Source of the DNA: an uncultured Bifidobacterium sp.
GTDB lineage: Bacteria > Actinomycetota > Actinomycetes > S36-B12 > UBA5976
Reading direction: 5' to 3'
DNA: 36,984 nucleotides
Assembly (NCBI GenBank): GCA_964469855.1
Contig: CAYXYW010000003.1
Location: forward strand, 1 to 36,984
Shown: positions 1 to 8,735 of the stretch, piece after piece
How the letters are laid out: each line of letters starts with the position of its first letter
Numbering within the stretch: position 1 is the first letter of the stretch
Translations under genes and position numbers: made by a program
Notes under the pieces: generated by a model
Told to the model about the DNA's origin: nothing
Databases searched by the model: none
What the model saw: only the letters and a program-made list of their open reading frames with translations

Positions 1-45
1 GAGCTAACTCAGCTTCTAATTTCTGAACCCGATCAGTTAATTCAT

Positions 46-1140
46 TCATCGCTGTTCCAAAAATTCAATAATTGCAGCAGCTATCCGCTCACCAGCATGG
101 CCATCCCATAGCGGTGGCACAGTGTCGTTAGGCGTTGGTAGTGCAGCCACTTTCTGCACTAAATTTTCAACTGTTACTAATTGATTGGTGCCATGAGTAA
201 TTGTGATCGGCCGCTCGGTGTTTGGTCGCAACGTTAGGCAAGGTACCTGCAAAATAGTAGTTTCCTCTTGCACGCCACCTGAATCTGTTACGACAAATTT
301 GGCACCCTTAACTAAAGAAATAAAATCAATGTAATTAAGTGGTTCAATCACTTTTATCCGACCATAGTCACCAAGTCCAGCGTTATATAGTGATGTTTTG
401 CCACGTGGGTGAAGGGGTAGCACGATTTGAGTTCGCTTCGACACTTCGCCCAGCGCTGCAACAATTGTTTTTGCTGTCGCTAAATCATCCACATTGCCAG
501 GGCGATGCAACGTTGCAACTGCGTAATCTCCAGTTAAATCTAATTCTGATTTGATCTTTGCTGAATCAAATTCTGCTAGATGAGAAAGCAGCGTATCTAT
601 CATTGAATTGCCAACAAAAACAATCTTACGATCGGCTAATCCTTCATGCTTTAAATTCTGCTCCGCTTCCGGACTAGTGATTAAAAGCAGGTCTGAAAGC
701 TGGTCGGTTAATTTGCGATTTATCTCTTCCGGCATAGATAAATCAAAGCTGCGCAATCCTGCCTCAACGTGCGCTACAGGAATTTCTAATTTGGCGGCAA
801 CTAATGCGGCTGCAACAGTTGAATTGACATCTCCATAAACCACAATCATGGCCGGCTTCACATCAGCAATTGCCTTCTCAAATCCAATCATGATCGCTGC
901 AGTTTGACTCGCATGCGAACCAGAACCCACTCCCAAATTAAGGTCAGGGGTTGGCAGGTTTAGTAATCTGAAAAACGAGTCGCTAAGCGCATCGTCATAA
1001 TGCTGACCGGTGTGGATTAGTTTCTGTGCAACTCCGGCCTTAGCTAACGCAGCAATCACTGGAGCGGCTTTTGGGAAATTGGGTCGCGCCCCAGTAACGT
1101 GGATGACATCGCCACTGTTAATTACTGCCTGCTGCGTCAC
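46..1140 (-). CDS. wecB: UDP-N-acetylglucosamine 2-epimerase (non-hydrolysing)
   Basis: 364-aa ORF with family motifs VTGARPNFPKAAPV, HTGQHYD and HVEAGLRS. GTG start at 1140 is preceded on the minus strand by GGAGAG. Confidence 0.9.
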   Translation of the reverse strand: MTQQAVINSGDVIHVTGARPNFPKAAPVIAALAKAGVAQKLIHTGQHYDDALSDSFFRLLNLPTPDLNLGVGSGSHASQTAAIMIGFEKAIADVKPAMIVVYGDVNSTVAAALVAAKLEIPVAHVEAGLRSFDLSMPEEINRKLTDQLSDLLLITSPEAEQNLKHEGLADRKIVFVGNSMIDTLLSHLAEFDSAKIKSELDLTGDYAVATLHRPGNVDDLATAKTIVAALGEVSKRTQIVLPLHPRGKTSLYNAGLGDYGRIKVIEPLNYIDFISLVKGAKFVVTDSGGVQEETTILQVPCLTLRPNTERPITITHGTNQLVTVENLVQKVAALPTPNDTVPPLWDGHAGERIAAAIIEFLEQR

Positions 1141-1190
1141 TGCGCTCTCCTAAGCGTGAGAAACTTGGCTCTAGCCGTGAGTATTCCACC

Positions 1191-2639
1191 ATGGCATGGG
1201 AAAGTAGGACAGCGTTGCGCTACTTAACTGGGTTGCGAGCCCTGCCATGGGCAATCAGCACCATATTGCTGCGGCTGCTTCGATCCCCCCGGCTAACTCT
1301 AGAAGCCCTGCTGCGAAAGGCTGGGGTAAATCTCCGCAGTAATAAAAAACCAGCCAGATCCCAAGACTTCCCGACAGCAATAACCCGCAACCCAGCACAC
1401 CGCAGCATTAATCCGAAACCAAACTCAGTGTTGCACTTCGTAACAAACTCGCTGCCCTATACCCAAGCCGGCTATACCATTAGAACTCACAACATAATTG
1501 CAGCACAACTAGCAGCTGGCATTTCAGCAGCAGCAGTTACGCGTTATGGCTACCCAATCAATATCGGTAATTTTAGTTCTGGCCACAAAACAGAGTTTGT
1601 AAGTTTTTCTAGCGAGCAAACAATTACTTACCACCATTTAATTCCTAAGAGATTGGCCAGCACTGCAGAATTAGAAGTAGCTGCTACCTCAGCGACAAAA
1701 TTAGTTGCCAAACTTCGACCAAGCGTGCTGCATGCTGCCACCGATTTTGTTAACGGTGAAATTGCTGCTGCTGTTTCGGCAGCAACTGATTTACCGTTTG
1801 CTTATGAAGTGCGAGGCTTTTTAGAGCAGTCTTGGCTGACAAAATCGCCAAGCAACACAATTGAATCAGATTTTTATCAAGAATTTCTGCGCCGCGAAAC
1901 AAACGTAATGCGAAAGGCAGCAGCAATTACCACGCTGAGTGAAACCATGAAAGCTGAAATCATTAAGCGTGGTGTTGCCGCGGACAAAATTCATTTAGTG
2001 CCAAACGCAGTATCAGATCAGTTACTAAAGGAAGTGAAATCAGCAAGCGAAGCAAGAGCGCAACTGCAGCTGCCAGAACTTCCAACGTTTGGCATTGCGA
2101 CAACGCTTTATCCGTTTGAAAATGTCAGCTTGCTAATCACTACCTTGGAACAGTTATGGCAAGACGGCAAACGGGCGCAGTTATTAATTGTGGGTGACGG
2201 ACCAGAATTTGATAATTTAACAGCACAGGCAAACTCCAGCGCAGTCGCTGAACACATTCACTTAGTTGGCCGTAAACCATTCGAGCAAACCATCACTCAT
2301 TATCAAGCGATGGATGTATTTTGTGTGCCACGAACTCAGTCCTTAGTGACTGAGCTAGTCACACCGCTTAAGCCAATTGAAGCTATGGCGCTGGGCCGGC
2401 CAGTTATTGCCAGCAATCTGCCTGCACTTGCCGAGTTAATCAACCATGAACATACCGGATTGTTGGTAGCAGCAGATTCCGCCGCTGCGCTAACCGAAGC
2501 CATCAGTGGACTTCTGTACGATTCAGGGCATCGCCAGCGACTGGCTGCCGCGGCGAAAGACTGGGTGGCAGAAACTCGAACCTGGTCCCAGGTAGCAAAG
2601 ACTTATCAGCAGGTATATCAACAGCTAGGCAAGCCGTAA
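1191..2639 (+). CDS. Glycosyltransferase family 4 (GT-B fold) with Arg/Leu-rich N-terminal extension
   Basis: The C-terminal GT4 signature is EAMALGRPVIASNLPALAELINHEHTGLLV. The GT core starts near residue 79 (VLHFVTNSLPYTQAGYTIRTH). The first ~78 codons are basic and low-complexity, and there is no SD before ATG 1191, so the start is uncertain. Confidence 0.8.
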   Translation: MAWESRTALRYLTGLRALPWAISTILLRLLRSPRLTLEALLRKAGVNLRSNKKPARSQDFPTAITRNPAHRSINPKPNSVLHFVTNSLPYTQAGYTIRTHNIIAAQLAAGISAAAVTRYGYPINIGNFSSGHKTEFVSFSSEQTITYHHLIPKRLASTAELEVAATSATKLVAKLRPSVLHAATDFVNGEIAAAVSAATDLPFAYEVRGFLEQSWLTKSPSNTIESDFYQEFLRRETNVMRKAAAITTLSETMKAEIIKRGVAADKIHLVPNAVSDQLLKEVKSASEARAQLQLPELPTFGIATTLYPFENVSLLITTLEQLWQDGKRAQLLIVGDGPEFDNLTAQANSSAVAEHIHLVGRKPFEQTITHYQAMDVFCVPRTQSLVTELVTPLKPIEAMALGRPVIASNLPALAELINHEHTGLLVAADSAAALTEAISGLLYDSGHRQRLAAAAKDWVAETRTWSQVAKTYQQVYQQLGKP

Positions 2640-2657
2640 CGCTTGCGCGGAGGATTA

Positions 2658-3917
2658 ATGAAGAAGGATCTAGCAGTAATTGGGTTGGGCTATGTTGGCT
2701 TGCCACTCGCCCAAGAAGCAATACGCGCTGGACTGTCAGTAGTTGGTTATGACGTCAGCGATCGAGTGATAACTGGATTAAATGCTGGTAAATCCCATGT
2801 TGATGACTTATCCGATGCTGATATCCAAGCGATGCTGGCTGGCGGATTTTCCGCAACTAAAGATGATCAAGTGCTAGCCGATGCAAAAGCTATTGTGATC
2901 TGCGTTCCAACTCCGCTATCAGAAGATGGCGGACCTGACCTATCTGCCGTGCTTGGTGCAACCCAAGCGGTGGCAAAGAATTTAACTAAGGGTCAACTTA
3001 TAGTTTTGGAATCAACAACTTACCCAGGCACTACCGAAGAAGTCGTACAACCAATTTTGGAAAAAGGAGGGTTGCGCGCTGGTGAGGACTTTTATCTAGC
3101 TTTCTCGCCAGAGCGAATCGATCCGGGCAACAAGAAATTTGGAATGCGCAATACGCCAAAAGTTGTTGGTGGCATAAATCAAATTAGCACTGATAAAGCA
3201 GTTGAGATGTATGCCAATTTTGTTGACACCGTAGTTAGAGCAAAAGGTGCCAAAGAAGCAGAGATGGCAAAGCTGCTAGAAAACACTTACCGTCATATCA
3301 ATATTGCGCTAGTAAATGAAATGGCGATGTTCTGCAATGACTTGGGAATTGATTTGTGGGATGTCATCAGGTGTGCTTCCACTAAACCATTTGGTTTCCA
3401 AGCGTTTTATCCAGGGCCTGGTGTTGGTGGGCACTGCATTCCAATTGATCCAAACTATTTATCTCACCAAGTTAAAACTAACTTGGGATATCCATTTAAG
3501 TTTGTTGAGTTAGCCCAAGAAATAAACGCAGGTATGCCCAACTATGTAATTCGCCGAGTGCAAGATCAACTCAATTCCGTAGGTAAAGCACTGAACGGAG
3601 CTACCGTGCTGTTACTGGGAGTTACCTACAAACCAGATATTGCGGATCAGCGTGAATCCCCCGCTATTCCAATTGGTTTAGGTTTACTGGAAAAGGGTGC
3701 AAATGTGCTGTTCCATGATCCGATGGTAGAGATCTGGCGATTAGAAGGAAAAGAGCTGTCACGAGTGCCAGATCTAGCCAGCGCATTGGCGCAAGCAGAC
3801 ATAACGGTGATGTTGCAAGATCATGCTAGTTATGACTCCGACTTATTGATTAAGAATTCAAACTTGTTATTTGATACTCGAGGAAAATTAGATCACCCAG
3901 AGGTGGAACGACTGTGA
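2658..3917 (+). CDS. UDP-N-acetyl-hexosamine (GlcNAc/ManNAc) 6-dehydrogenase, WbpA/WecC family
   Basis: ATG 2658 is preceded by GGAGGA at 2649-2654, so the TTG 2643 start in the ORF track is probably too early. The N terminus carries the NAD fold VIGLGYVGLPLA. The catalytic-Cys motif GGHCIPIDPNYL is typical of UDP-HexNAc dehydrogenases. Confidence 0.85.
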   Translation: MKKDLAVIGLGYVGLPLAQEAIRAGLSVVGYDVSDRVITGLNAGKSHVDDLSDADIQAMLAGGFSATKDDQVLADAKAIVICVPTPLSEDGGPDLSAVLGATQAVAKNLTKGQLIVLESTTYPGTTEEVVQPILEKGGLRAGEDFYLAFSPERIDPGNKKFGMRNTPKVVGGINQISTDKAVEMYANFVDTVVRAKGAKEAEMAKLLENTYRHINIALVNEMAMFCNDLGIDLWDVIRCASTKPFGFQAFYPGPGVGGHCIPIDPNYLSHQVKTNLGYPFKFVELAQEINAGMPNYVIRRVQDQLNSVGKALNGATVLLLGVTYKPDIADQRESPAIPIGLGLLEKGANVLFHDPMVEIWRLEGKELSRVPDLASALAQADITVMLQDHASYDSDLLIKNSNLLFDTRGKLDHPEVERL

Positions 3918-4750
3918 GTGAATCTCACCAACTAAAACCAGTTGGTCAAAAACTAAGCCTTGGCGCATATCTTAAGGATTTGTGGAAACGCAGATTCTTT
4001 ATGATGTCTTTCGCCCGCGCTCGAGTAGAAGGACAAAACTCCAGTGCCGCACTTGGTCAGTTCTGGTTGCTGCTAACACCGCTGCTAACTGCTGCAGTTT
4101 ATTACTTGTTGTTTGGTGTGATTCTTGGCGTCTCTCGCGGTATTGAAAACTTTATTGCGTTTTTAGTTATTGGCGTAATGATGTTTCGCTTCACCTCAAA
4201 TAGCGCAAATGCAGGATCATTAGCGATCATCTCCAATAAAGGATTAATTCGCTCGTTACATTTTCCGCGAGCTTTGTTGCCAATATCCGCTTCGCTGCAA
4301 CAATTTTTGCAATTTCTCCCTTCTTTTATTGTGGTATTGATTGCGGTAGTTGCAACTGGCGAACCCATTAGATGGACCTGGTTGCTTATAGTTCCAATTG
4401 TTCTAATTCAATTTATTTTTAATACCGGACTTGCGCTACTACTGGCTCGCGTAGTTAATAAGGCGCGTGATTTGGCAAAACTAAGCCCATTTTTGATCCG
4501 AATGTGGGGATATTTAAGTGGAATCTTCTTCAGCATTGAACTGTCTAAGGAGCGATTCCCAGCCGCAATTGAACCGTTCTTGAGTTACAACCCTGCACAT
4601 ATTTTTATGCAGCTAACTCGAAGTATCTTTATTGAATCGATTGATTCCTCAATGCGAGATTGGCTATGGGGAATTGGCTGGGCGATTGCAGTTTTCATTA
4701 TTGGCTTTTATTTCTTCTTCAAGGGTGAAGGCAAGTATGGCCGAGATTGA
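3914..4750 (+). CDS. ABC-2 type polysaccharide/teichoic-acid export permease (Wzm/TagG-like)
   Basis: 278-aa protein with about six hydrophobic helices. The N-terminal motif LKDLWKRRFF is typical of the ABC-2 family. The GTG start overlaps the upstream stop (GTGA) and lies downstream of GAGGTGGA. Confidence 0.85.
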   Translation: MSESHQLKPVGQKLSLGAYLKDLWKRRFFMMSFARARVEGQNSSAALGQFWLLLTPLLTAAVYYLLFGVILGVSRGIENFIAFLVIGVMMFRFTSNSANAGSLAIISNKGLIRSLHFPRALLPISASLQQFLQFLPSFIVVLIAVVATGEPIRWTWLLIVPIVLIQFIFNTGLALLLARVVNKARDLAKLSPFLIRMWGYLSGIFFSIELSKERFPAAIEPFLSYNPAHIFMQLTRSIFIESIDSSMRDWLWGIGWAIAVFIIGFYFFFKGEGKYGRD

Positions 4751-5498
4751 TAACCGGACGGTGGTTGTAGACGATCTTCACGTCTATTATCGAATTCGAA
4801 CTAAAGTCAAAAGTAAGCAGATTGCCGCGAAGCAAAATATGCTTGATAAAGCACTGCGCCGTACCCGCAAAGTTCCGCTAAAAGAAGTGCATGCACTTAA
4901 AGGAATTAGTTTCACCACACATCAAGGTGAAGCAGTTGCCATTATTGGTCGAAATGGTGCCGGCAAAAGCACGCTGCTGCGGGCAATTGCTGGATTGATC
5001 CCAGCCCGCTCTGGCTCTATTCTCACCTCGTCTCAACCATCATTGCTAGGTGTTAATGCTGCATTGATGAATCACTTATCCGGTAGACGAAACATTGAAC
5101 TGGGTGGCCTAGCACTAGGAATGACGCCGGCTGAGGTCGAAGCAAATATGGAAGCCATTATTGAGTTCTCTGGATTAGGGGAATTTATTGATCTGCCGCT
5201 GAGCACTTACTCTTCTGGCATGGGTGCTCGATTGCGTTTTGCAATTGCATCATCCGTACCGCAAGAAATTTTGATGATCGATGAAGCGTTAGCAACTGGT
5301 GATGTTAACTTTAAAAAGCGCTCCCAAGAGCGAATCGCTGAACTCAAAGCAAAAGCTGGTACGGTCTTTTTAGTTAGCCATTCGCATTCAGTAATTCGGG
5401 AAACCTGTACCCGCGCCATTTGGCTTGATAAAGGCAATTTAGTTGCTGATGGACCAATGAATGAAGTTCTAACCGCCTACGAGGAAGCGACCACTTAA
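4737..5498 (+). CDS. Polysaccharide/teichoic-acid export ABC ATPase (Wzt/TagH-like), short form without C-terminal carbohydrate-binding domain
   Basis: Walker A is GRNGAGKSTL, the signature is YSSGMGARL and Walker B is ILMIDEAL. ATG 4737 (MAEIDNRT) lies behind GAAGG and overlaps the permease stop by 14 nt. The 4632 start in the ORF track runs inside the permease gene. Confidence 0.88.
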   Translation: MAEIDNRTVVVDDLHVYYRIRTKVKSKQIAAKQNMLDKALRRTRKVPLKEVHALKGISFTTHQGEAVAIIGRNGAGKSTLLRAIAGLIPARSGSILTSSQPSLLGVNAALMNHLSGRRNIELGGLALGMTPAEVEANMEAIIEFSGLGEFIDLPLSTYSSGMGARLRFAIASSVPQEILMIDEALATGDVNFKKRSQERIAELKAKAGTVFLVSHSHSVIRETCTRAIWLDKGNLVADGPMNEVLTAYEEATT

Positions 5499-5500
5499 TC

Positions 5501-6583
5501 GTGCGGGTGTTGGTAGTGACCGTGGTACACCACCCACAAGATGCACGAATCTACTTCCGTCAGATCGCCGCATTACTCGCAGATGGACATCAAGTTAGTT
5601 ACGCCGCACCATTTGATTCATTTCCAATCACTCAAGTTGATTCCAGAATTGAGACCATAACTATTCCGCGGGCTACCGGAAAACGACGAATTTCAGCACT
5701 GCTTGCGGCAAGGAAACTGCTCCGCACCCGTTCTGTAGATTTTGATGTTGTATTAATTCATGACCCAGAACTGCTGCTAGCGGCAAGCTGTAGCAAAGCT
5801 CCCGTGGTTTGGGATGTTCACGAAGACACTGCTGCTGCAATCTCTGCTAAATCATGGTTGCCAAGTATTTTTCACAAACCTGCTATGAAATTTATCGCTA
5901 AGTTAGAGAGCAAAGCCGAACAGCGCTATCACTTATTGTTGGCTGAAAGTGAATATCAAGCAAGGTTTACAAAATCTCACCCAGTTATTCCAAATACCAC
6001 CGCAGTTGCAAATTACAGTGAAACAGAGCCAACTGATTCGGTTATCTATTTAGGCAATATCACCACACTGCGCGGTGGAAAGACTTTGCTTCAGGTTGGC
6101 AAAGCGTTGAAACAGCATGGTATTTCTCTTGAGTTAATTGGCAGCTGTCCGGAAACTGAGTTGAGCAAACAACTAGTTGCTGCGCAGCATGCTGGGGAAT
6201 TGATTTGGCATGGCTTTTTACCGAACGAGAAAGCAAAACAACTGCTGCCTGGCAAATTGGCAGGGTTGTCGTTGTTGCAAGATCATCCAAATTATCGGGT
6301 AAGTCAACCATCTAAAATTTATGAATACATGGCAGCTGCAATACCAGTGATCACAACTAAATTACCGCATGCGTCACAACTAATTGAAGTTGCAGCTGCT
6401 GGCGTAGTGGTTGAATTTGATAACCCAGAGCAAGTTGTTGCTGAAGTCTTAAGAATTGCTGGCGATTCAGCAAGATGGAAAACATTCAGCAAAAATGGTC
6501 ACAGTTATGTATCACAGCACCACAATTGGAATGTTGATCAGAATAAATTTATTAGCGCGCTCGAAGGTTTCGTGGCGAAGTAA
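5501..6583 (+). CDS. Glycosyltransferase family 4 (GT-B fold)
   Basis: 360 aa with the classic MRVLVVT N terminus. The C-terminal donor-binding region is PSKIYEYMAAAIPVITT...AAAGVVVE. The start lies 2 nt after the wzt-like stop. Confidence 0.8.
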   Translation: MRVLVVTVVHHPQDARIYFRQIAALLADGHQVSYAAPFDSFPITQVDSRIETITIPRATGKRRISALLAARKLLRTRSVDFDVVLIHDPELLLAASCSKAPVVWDVHEDTAAAISAKSWLPSIFHKPAMKFIAKLESKAEQRYHLLLAESEYQARFTKSHPVIPNTTAVANYSETEPTDSVIYLGNITTLRGGKTLLQVGKALKQHGISLELIGSCPETELSKQLVAAQHAGELIWHGFLPNEKAKQLLPGKLAGLSLLQDHPNYRVSQPSKIYEYMAAAIPVITTKLPHASQLIEVAAAGVVVEFDNPEQVVAEVLRIAGDSARWKTFSKNGHSYVSQHHNWNVDQNKFISALEGFVAK

Positions 6584-7553
6584 GAAATCCAACACCCCAG
6601 CAGGTATGCATGGTCAGCAACACTACTGGTTGCCAAAGTAGTGAAGAAAGTTTGCGCTTATTAAAAATAGCTAATGAGCCGACCAAAATTAATGACAGAT
6701 AGCCAGCAATCGGTAAATAAAACAGCCAAGACCAACTCTGGCCAAGCAACGACGTCAAAAGTAATAAACTAAAAGAGGTAGTTAACGCCAACACCGTAAA
6801 AGGTGGTGCCAAATACCTAAGCGATTTAGTTTCTGGATACGTTCGTGCAACTTCTCGTCGCCATCTGCCATATTCAAAATATTGCTTTGCCAGTGCTTTA
6901 ACTGATGACCTGGGCCTGTAAGTAACTTCCAATCTGGGATCAAACCAAACTTTGCCACCTGATTGCCGGATTCGATAATTCATTTCCCAATCTTGAGCTC
7001 GAATGAAAGATTCGTCATAGCCGCCAACCCGCTCGATTGCGCTTCGTCTAAAGACACCTAAGTAAACAGTCATTGTTTCACCTGCGCCGCCACCTGTGTG
7101 AAATCGTGCTGGCCCAACTCCTAACACGCTCCGCATTGCTGCAGCTACTGCAATTTCAAACTTAGTTCTGCCGGTTGCTGCCATCACACCACCTACAACA
7201 TCTGCTCCTGTTTCCGCGAGCACTGCAGTTGCGGTTTGGATGTAATTTGGTGTCAGCAGCGAATGCCCATCAACCCGAACGATCACGTCATATTGTGATT
7301 GTGCAATTGCTAAGTTCAATGCGGCAGCTGTTTTACCTGATGGATTTGCCACTAATTTCACTCGAGGATCTGCCGCGGACATTTTTTCGGCAATCTGATT
7401 AGTGTTATCGACCGAGGGGCCAAGCGCCAAAATCAGCTCAATTGGACCGGGCACATTCTGGGTCAAGATCTCAGTCACCGCAGCAGCCAGATGTTTTGCT
7501 TCATTCAAAACTGGCATCACAACGCTAACTCCAACTAGCGGCCCGGTGTTCAT
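6552..7553 (-). CDS. Glycosyltransferase family 2 (GT-A) with C-terminal transmembrane segments
   Basis: GT2 hallmarks are VSVVMPVLNEAKHL, VRVDGHS and AQDWEMNYR. The C-terminal ~90 aa are hydrophobic (3-4 predicted helices). I chose ATG 7553 (MNTGPL) as the start, not the longer ORF reaching 7622. Confidence 0.8.
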   Translation of the reverse strand: MNTGPLVGVSVVMPVLNEAKHLAAAVTEILTQNVPGPIELILALGPSVDNTNQIAEKMSAADPRVKLVANPSGKTAAALNLAIAQSQYDVIVRVDGHSLLTPNYIQTATAVLAETGADVVGGVMAATGRTKFEIAVAAAMRSVLGVGPARFHTGGGAGETMTVYLGVFRRSAIERVGGYDESFIRAQDWEMNYRIRQSGGKVWFDPRLEVTYRPRSSVKALAKQYFEYGRWRREVARTYPETKSLRYLAPPFTVLALTTSFSLLLLTSLLGQSWSWLFYLPIAGYLSLILVGSLAIFNKRKLSSLLWQPVVLLTMHTCWGVGFLTSPRNLRAR

Positions 7554-7578
7554 GGTGTAAAACCTTAGCGGTGAGAGA

Positions 7579-8703
7579 ATGTGCGCCGTAACCAGAAGGG
7601 ACAACGTGTCGGACCAATCCAAGATCGTGCTTCACATTGGAACCATGAAGTCTGGCACCACCTACTTACAGCATGGATTGCTTAATCAATCCCAACAGTT
7701 GACTGCGAATGGCTGGCTTTACCCAATGATGTTCGCGCCAGCGCGGGGTGCAATTAACCATGAGCGTGCCATATATGGCTTAGTTGGCAATCACATCCCA
7801 TGGGTAGATAGCGCAACACAACAGCGGATGGCGCCGCAATGGCAGAAGTTAATTGCAGAAATTTCATCCACTGACAAGAATGTTCTAGTCTCAGCAGAAG
7901 CAGTTGCTTCGATGCTAGAAGACGGAATTGAACAATTAGTTGCAGCACTACCAAATCGAGAAATTGAAGTAGTACTTACTGCTCGCGACTTAGCCCGGGT
8001 GTTGCCATCATCATGGCAACAAAGTGTGCGCAATGGTAGACCGTATGGATATGAGGAATATTTTGATCGAATTAAAAGAGCTAAGGAATTGCCAATAACT
8101 GAATCAGTTGGTAGTAACTTTTGGCGCAGCTATCAATTAAGCGATGTAGTTAACCGATGGCAGAAATTCATCCCGCTCGAAAAAATATCTATTGTCACCG
8201 TTCCAGCAAAAACCAGCACCGACACACTATGGCAGCGTTTTGTCACAGCGCTGCAGTTGCCGCTAGAAACAACTGAACCAAAATTCGATGACAAAAAATC
8301 ACACACTTCCATAACTTGGCCAGAAGCTGAAGTGTTAATTGAGCTGAATCAAAAATGGGCAAGACAGCGAAAATCTAAAAAAGTGCAAAATCAATTACGG
8401 CGCAGAATTGTGCAAGAAGGTTTTCAGCAGCGCAGCAATCGTGGTCGTGCCATTGGCTTAACTGCGCCATGGCTGTCGCTAGCGCAGCGCTGGGCGGCAG
8501 CTGATGTTGAACAGTTGTTGACGTCAGGCGTAAACATTCATGGCGACATCAACGATCTGCTGGTATCGCCAGATCAATTAGCTGCTGAGCTTTGTTCCGC
8601 TGCTGAAATTGCTGATGCAGCAGCAGTTGCCTCTCGGTTTCACGATCGATTACGACTACAGGCGATAACCGCCCTTTTTGGCATCTCTGGCAAACGCCGC
8701 TAG
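7579..8703 (+). CDS. Sulfotransferase-like protein (putative PAPS-dependent glycan sulfotransferase) with ~170-aa C-terminal extension of unknown function
   Basis: A 5'-PSB-like loop (VLHIGTMKSGTTYLQ, compare PKSGTTW) lies at residues 17-31. A 3'-PB-like R-x7-S element (LTARDLARVLPSS) lies at residues 133-145. The gene is immediately upstream of ugd-cysD-cysNC on the same strand. An alternative GTG start at 7605 sits behind GAAGGG. Confidence 0.5.
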   Translation: MCAVTRRDNVSDQSKIVLHIGTMKSGTTYLQHGLLNQSQQLTANGWLYPMMFAPARGAINHERAIYGLVGNHIPWVDSATQQRMAPQWQKLIAEISSTDKNVLVSAEAVASMLEDGIEQLVAALPNREIEVVLTARDLARVLPSSWQQSVRNGRPYGYEEYFDRIKRAKELPITESVGSNFWRSYQLSDVVNRWQKFIPLEKISIVTVPAKTSTDTLWQRFVTALQLPLETTEPKFDDKKSHTSITWPEAEVLIELNQKWARQRKSKKVQNQLRRRIVQEGFQQRSNRGRAIGLTAPWLSLAQRWAAADVEQLLTSGVNIHGDINDLLVSPDQLAAELCSAAEIADAAAVASRFHDRLRLQAITALFGISGKRR

Positions 8704-8735
8704 GGTAGATTTAGCCCATCAATCGCTAGGAATTA

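Noticed and set aside
1220-1408. A 62-aa minus-strand ORF opposite the GT4 N-terminal extension, considered as a possible small gene.
   Set aside because: It has no SD and an Arg-rich, low-complexity translation that mirrors the + strand. It is nested in the region whose coding status is already ambiguous. There is no independent support.
6552-7553. Interpreting the GT2 as a processive synthase (cellulose/PNAG/hyaluronan type) because of its RW-containing motif (FEYGRWR) and TM helices.
   Set aside because: The motif is not a clean QxxRW. There are no N-terminal TM helices, and the locus already has a Wzm/Wzt exporter. An ExoA-like non-processive GT2 is equally compatible.
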